The position numbers were made by a program, and so were the translations under genes. The notes beneath the pieces are model-generated. The model ran no database searches. It had not been told where the DNA came from and was given only the letters and a program-made list of their open reading frames with translations. From positions 69,843-133,842 of the forward strand of contig JBAXBV010000011.1 in the NCBI GenBank assembly GCA_037141795.1: DNA of 64,000 nt. The letters are read 5' to 3'. Below, in pieces: positions 59,691 to 64,000 of this stretch; the first letter of the stretch is position 1; the number at the start of each line of letters is the position of its first letter. The DNA is from Betaproteobacteria bacterium (GTDB taxonomy: Bacteria > Pseudomonadota > Gammaproteobacteria > Burkholderiales > Ga0077523).

Positions 59691-60515
59691 ATGCGATATG
59701 CCCTCGGTCTCGAGTATGACGGCCGCGCCTTCTGCGGCTGGCAGGCGCAGCCCTCCGGCCGCGGTGTCCAGAACGCAGTCCAACGGGCGGTCTCGGCCAT
59801 CGCCGGCCATCCTGTGATGGTCACCTGCGCCGGCCGCACCGATGCCGGTGTTCACGCAACGGCCCAGGTCGTCCACTTCGATACCGGATCGGAGCGTCCG
59901 GACACAGCCTGGACACGCGGGGTCAACACCTGGCTTCAGGAGGGCATCAGCGTGCTCTGGAGTCGCCGGGTCGCCGACAGCTTTCATGCGCGCTATGAGG
60001 CGCTTTCGCGGAGCTACCGGTACATTCTGCTGGAGCGGCGCTCCCGCCCTGGCCTGCACCACGGGCGGGTGGGCTGGTGGCCGACGCCGCTCGATGTTCC
60101 CGCCATGGCGGTTGCCGCCGGGGCGCTGCTCGGAACCCACGACTTCAGCACCTTCCGTGCCGCCGAGTGCCAGGCCCGGTCGCCTGTCCGCACAATGCTG
60201 CACCTGGAGGTGCGCCGGGAGGGCGAATTCATCGAGTTCGATCTGCGCGCAAACGCTTTCCTCCATCACATGGTCCGCAACATCGTCGGCAGTCTCGTGC
60301 AGGTAGGTGCCGGCAGGCGAACGCCCGAATGGATCGCCGGCATTCTTGCCGCGAGAAACCGCCAGGCCGGAGCGCCCACCTTTGCCGCCGACGGGCTCTA
60401 TCTGGCAGGAGTGGAGTACGATCCTGCCCACGGTATTCCGGCATTCCCCGATAGCGCCCTGTCACCGGCGCCCGTCCGGCGCCCTGCCGTGGACGACCCC
60501 GCCCCCCTGGCCTGA
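59691..60515 (+). CDS. truA: tRNA pseudouridine(38-40) synthase
   Basis: 274 aa. MRYALGLEYDGRAFCGWQ and catalytic-Asp region CAGRTDAGVHA. Confidence 0.95.
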   Translation: MRYALGLEYDGRAFCGWQAQPSGRGVQNAVQRAVSAIAGHPVMVTCAGRTDAGVHATAQVVHFDTGSERPDTAWTRGVNTWLQEGISVLWSRRVADSFHARYEALSRSYRYILLERRSRPGLHHGRVGWWPTPLDVPAMAVAAGALLGTHDFSTFRAAECQARSPVRTMLHLEVRREGEFIEFDLRANAFLHHMVRNIVGSLVQVGAGRRTPEWIAGILAARNRQAGAPTFAADGLYLAGVEYDPAHGIPAFPDSALSPAPVRRPAVDDPAPLA

Positions 60516-60520
60516 ACACG

Positions 60521-61144
60521 ATGCGCACACGAATCAAGATTTGCGGGATCACGCGACTGGAGGACGCCCTCGAGGCCTCGCGCCTGGGCGCCGATGCCCT
60601 GGGATTCGTCTTCTACTCGGGAAGCGCGCGGTTCGTGGACGCGACCTCAGCGTCCGGAATGGTCGGGCAACTGCCCCCCTTCGTGACCAGCGTCGGCCTG
60701 TTCGTCGATCCTCCGGCCGAGTACGTCCGGGCAGTACTGGACATCGTTCCGATCGATCTCCTGCAGTTCCACGGGAACGAAGCGGCTGATTTCTGTCGGA
60801 CCTTCGGGCGCCCCTACATCAAGGCCGTGGCGCTGGCTCCCGGGGTCGATTTGCTACAATCGGCCAGATTTCACCCGGACGCCCGGGCCCTGCTCGTCGA
60901 TGCGTTCGTTCCCGGGGTTCACGGCGGCACGGGGGTCACGGCGGACTGGGCATCCATTCCGTCGGAAATGCCCCTGCCGCTCGTCCTCGCCGGAGGTCTT
61001 CACGGTGGCAATGTGGAGCAGGCGGTGCGCGCGGTGCGGCCATGGGCCGTCGATGTCGCAAGTGGCGTGGAACGCAGCAAGGGTGTCAAGGATTCCGGCA
61101 AGCTGGCCGACTTCGTTCAAGGAGTAAGAAATGCAGATGTATGA
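60521..61144 (+). CDS. trpF: Phosphoribosylanthranilate isomerase
   Basis: 207 aa. [13 protein letters not shown]...GADALGFVF...LQFHGNE. It overlaps trpB by 14 nt. Confidence 0.9.
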   Translation: MRTRIKICGITRLEDALEASRLGADALGFVFYSGSARFVDATSASGMVGQLPPFVTSVGLFVDPPAEYVRAVLDIVPIDLLQFHGNEAADFCRTFGRPYIKAVALAPGVDLLQSARFHPDARALLVDAFVPGVHGGTGVTADWASIPSEMPLPLVLAGGLHGGNVEQAVRAVRPWAVDVASGVERSKGVKDSGKLADFVQGVRNADV

Positions 61145-62330
61145 CCTGCCGGATCGCAACGGGCACTTTGGCCCCTATGGCGGCGTGTTCGTGGCCGAAA
61201 CCCTCATCCACGCTCTCGACGAACTCCGGACCCAGTACGAGGCGCTGCGCCAGGACCCGGATTTCAATGCCGAGTTCGAGCACGAACTCAAGCACTACGT
61301 GGGCCGACCCAGTCCCGTCTACTTTGCGAAGCGGATCACCGACCGTTGCGGAGGCGCCCAGATCTGGCTGAAGCGGGAAGACCTCAATCACACGGGGGCA
61401 CACAAGATCAACAACACCATGGGCCAGGCGCTCGTCGCGCGTCACATGGGCAAGAAACGGATCATCGCCGAAACCGGGGCTGGCCAGCACGGCGTTGCCT
61501 CGGCGACCGTTGCGGCGCGCTACGGGATGGAGTGCGTGGTCTACATGGGCTCCGAGGACGTGCAGAGGCAGGCGCAGAACGTCTACCGCATGAAGCTCCT
61601 GGGCGCGTCGGTCGTCCCGGTGGAGAGCGGTTCGCGCACTCTGAAGGACGCACTCAACGAGGCGATGCGCGACTGGGTCACGAACGTGGAAGGCACCTTC
61701 TACATCATCGGCACCGTGGCCGGCCCCCATCCCTACCCCATGATGGTCCGTGACTTCAACTCGGTCGTGGGTCGGGAACTGCTCACCCAGATGCCGGATG
61801 TCCTTGGCCGCCAGCCGGATGCGATCCTGGCCTGTGTCGGCGGCGGCTCGAATGCGATGGGAGCGTTCTACCCCTACATTCCCCATCAGGACGTGCGTCT
61901 CATCGGCGTGGAGGCGGGCGGCTTCGGGCTGGCCACGGGCAAGCACTCCGCCGCCCTCTGCGCGGGCAAGCCGGGCGTCCTGCACGGCAACCGCACATAT
62001 CTCATGCAGGACGAGAACGGGCAGATCGTCGAGACCCACTCCATCTCGGCCGGTCTGGATTACCCAGGGGTCGGGCCCGAGCACGCGTGGCTCAAGGACA
62101 CGGGCCGTGCGGAGTACGTTTCCGTCACGGATGACGAGGCGCTCGAGGCGTTCCACACCCTGTGCCGCCTCGAGGGCATCATTCCCGCGCTGGAGTCGAG
62201 CCACGCGCTTGCCCATGCCATGAAGATGGCCCGCGAGATGCCGAAGGACAAGGTGCTGCTGGTCAACCTGTCCGGCCGCGGTGACAAGGACATGAGTACC
62301 GTCGCCAAGTATTCCGGGCTGACTCTCTAG
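61131..62330 (+). CDS. trpB: Tryptophan synthase beta chain
   Basis: 399 aa with AAGGAG upstream. PLP-Lys motif [11 protein letters not shown]. Also GGGSNAMG. Confidence 0.95.
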   Translation: MQMYDLPDRNGHFGPYGGVFVAETLIHALDELRTQYEALRQDPDFNAEFEHELKHYVGRPSPVYFAKRITDRCGGAQIWLKREDLNHTGAHKINNTMGQALVARHMGKKRIIAETGAGQHGVASATVAARYGMECVVYMGSEDVQRQAQNVYRMKLLGASVVPVESGSRTLKDALNEAMRDWVTNVEGTFYIIGTVAGPHPYPMMVRDFNSVVGRELLTQMPDVLGRQPDAILACVGGGSNAMGAFYPYIPHQDVRLIGVEAGGFGLATGKHSAALCAGKPGVLHGNRTYLMQDENGQIVETHSISAGLDYPGVGPEHAWLKDTGRAEYVSVTDDEALEAFHTLCRLEGIIPALESSHALAHAMKMAREMPKDKVLLVNLSGRGDKDMSTVAKYSGLTL

Positions 62331-62401
62331 GGTTCCGCCTTCGCGGTGGCCGCCGCCAGCGGCCCCGCCACGCCCACCGAACAATTCTCCGTCACCAGCC
62401 C

Positions 62402-63199
62402 ATGTCCCGAATCGGCAAGACCTTCGAACAGCTCAAGGCCCAGGGCCGCAAGGCCCTCATTCCCTTCGTCACCGCGGGTGATCCTGACCGGATGGCCACG
62501 GTGCCCGTCATGCATGCCCTGGTGGAAGCGGGTGCAGACATCATCGAACTGGGGGTTCCCTTCTCGGACCCCATGGCGGACGGACCGACCATCCAGAGGT
62601 CCAGCGAGCGGGCGCTCAAGCACGGCACGTCGCTGCGTGATGTCCTGGCCATGGTGACGGAATTCCGCACCCGGGACGATGCCACGCCCGTCGTGTTGAT
62701 GGGCTACGCGAATCCCATCGAAGTCATCGGTCACGAGGTCTTCGCGGACGAGGCGAGCCGCGCCGGCGTCGATGGTGTGCTCGTGGTCGATTATCCGCCC
62801 GAGGAGAGTGCCATGCTCACCCGGCACCTGCGGACGAAGGGGCTGGATTCCATCTTTCTGTTGTCGCCCACCTCCGATGATCGTCGCATGGCGGGGGTCG
62901 CGGATCTGGCAAGCGGGTATGTCTACTACGTGTCCCTCAAGGGTGTGACGGGAGCGGCCCATATCGACCTGGACGATGTGGCGGCCCGGATTCCGCGGAT
63001 CCGGGCGCATGTGAAGCTGCCCATCGGCGTCGGTTTCGGAATTCGCGACGGGGCCACCGCCCGGGCCATTGCAGGCCTGTCGGACGCCGTCGTGATCGGC
63101 AGCCGGCTGGTTCAGGAAATCGAGTCGTCGCCGCGGGATCAGGTGGTCGACAACATCCGCGGGCTGGTGGCTTCGATCCGTCAGGCCATGGATGCCTGA
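62402..63199 (+). CDS. trpA: Tryptophan synthase alpha chain
   Basis: 265 aa. [10 protein letters not shown]...[20 protein letters not shown]. Confidence 0.95.
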   Translation: MSRIGKTFEQLKAQGRKALIPFVTAGDPDRMATVPVMHALVEAGADIIELGVPFSDPMADGPTIQRSSERALKHGTSLRDVLAMVTEFRTRDDATPVVLMGYANPIEVIGHEVFADEASRAGVDGVLVVDYPPEESAMLTRHLRTKGLDSIFLLSPTSDDRRMAGVADLASGYVYYVSLKGVTGAAHIDLDDVAARIPRIRAHVKLPIGVGFGIRDGATARAIAGLSDAVVIGSRLVQEIESSPRDQVVDNIRGLVASIRQAMDA

Positions 63200-63267
63200 G
63201 TGGGAGTCACGCGAATGCCGTCCGGCAGGGCCGCGAGCCCGGCAGCCAATCGAATGGAGGCATCGAG

Positions 63268-64000
63268 ATGAGTTGGTTGCAGAAGCTTCTTCCGCCCAAG
63301 ATCAAGCGTAACGTCGGAACCCTTCGCAAGGCCGTTCCGGAGGGTCTCTGGAGCAAGTGCGACGTCTGCGAAACGGTTCTGTACCGTGCAGACCTCGAGA
63401 AGAACCTCAGCGTCTGCCCGAAGTGCAGCCATCACATGCGACTCACGGGGCGGGAACGCCTGGATGGCTTCCTCGATCCGGAGGGGCGGTTCGAGATCGG
63501 CGCCGAGGTGCTTCCCGTCGATTTCCTGAAGTTTGTCGACAGCAAGCGCTACGCGGACCGCTTGCAGGCGGCGCAGGCAGAGACCGGTGAAGAAGACGCC
63601 CTCGTGGCGATGCAGGGGGCGGTGAAGAACATACCCGTAGTGGCCGTGGCCTTCGAGTTCCGGTTCCTTGGCGGGTCCATGGGGTCTGTCGTCGGTGAGC
63701 GTTTCATCCGCGCCGTCCAGACGGCAGTGGAGCAGCGCATGGCGTTCATCTGCTTCAGTGCGAGCGGCGGGGCGCGCATGCAGGAGGGGCTGATGTCCCT
63801 CATGCAGATGGCCAAGACCACGGCCGCGCTGACACGCCTGGCTCGCGAGGGGCTGCCCTTCGTGTCCGTCCTCACCGATCCCACGATGGGCGGCGTGTCG
63901 GCGAGCTTTGCGATGATCGGGGACGTCGTCATTGCCGAACCCAATGCGCTCGTCGGCTTCGCAGGTCCAAGGGTGATCGAGCAGACGGTGCGTCAGACAC
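63268..64000 (+). CDS. accD: Acetyl-CoA carboxylase carboxyltransferase subunit beta (3'-truncated by window edge)
   Basis: My own translation from ATG 63268, with GGAGG 8 nt upstream: [14 protein letters not shown]...[29 protein letters not shown] (zinc ribbon)...[16 protein letters not shown]. The frame is open to the end of the window and is absent from the ORF track because it has no stop. Confidence 0.9.
   Translation, partial: MSWLQKLLPPKIKRNVGTLRKAVPEGLWSKCDVCETVLYRADLEKNLSVCPKCSHHMRLTGRERLDGFLDPEGRFEIGAEVLPVDFLKFVDSKRYADRLQAAQAETGEEDALVAMQGAVKNIPVVAVAFEFRFLGGSMGSVVGERFIRAVQTAVEQRMAFICFSASGGARMQEGLMSLMQMAKTTAALTRLAREGLPFVSVLTDPTMGGVSASFAMIGDVVIAEPNALVGFAGPRVIEQTVRQT

Overview
The window is a visibly GC-rich chromosomal segment (G+C not computed). 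It looks betaproteobacterial. That call is inference from synteny: leuC-leuD-leuB-asd-fimV-truA-trpF-trpB-trpA-accD, an Lpd carrying an N-terminal lipoyl domain, and a permease-less EIIA(Man)-HPr-EI PTS. I support about 60 protein-coding genes. I recognised no rRNA, tRNA, CRISPR array, transposase or integrase. All family calls come from motifs read in the supplied translations and remembered family consensus; no BLAST or HMM search was possible.

Layout:
- 1-4.7 kb: two translationally coupled PEP-utilising dikinase-like genes, the second with a non-canonical C-terminus, placed tail-to-tail with a hybrid sensor kinase.
- 4.8-16.8 kb: a catabolic island. A flavoprotein is divergent from an amidohydrolase plus a three-subunit molybdenum hydroxylase operon. 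That operon converges on, and overlaps by 70 nt, a LIV-type ABC uptake operon ending in a DUF1116-like gene.
- 17-18.1 kb: a cupin plus a SAM methyltransferase.
- 18.3-26.5 kb: a cluster of almost exclusively exported proteins. It holds a di-haem DUF1111 protein, an FmdB zinc ribbon, a Tat-motif amidohydrolase, an orphan OpuAC-type binding protein, a small HExxH protein, a PQQ alcohol dehydrogenase, a small cytochrome c and an XoxJ/MoxJ-like binding protein. The dehydrogenase has the lanthanide-type extra Asp but lacks the vicinal Cys-Cys.
- 26.5-64 kb: mostly housekeeping genes (recQ, nudC, lpdA, proA, holA, PTS, metG, apbC, dcd, folA, thyA, aroC, leu, asd, fimV, truA, trp, accD).

The most interesting items are the atypical PQQ dehydrogenase and its exported-protein neighbourhood, and the PPDK-like protein whose PEP/pyruvate barrel is replaced by a tail with a wHTH-like segment. 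Many long ORFs in the supplied track are antisense or alternative-frame artefacts of high G+C and were rejected.
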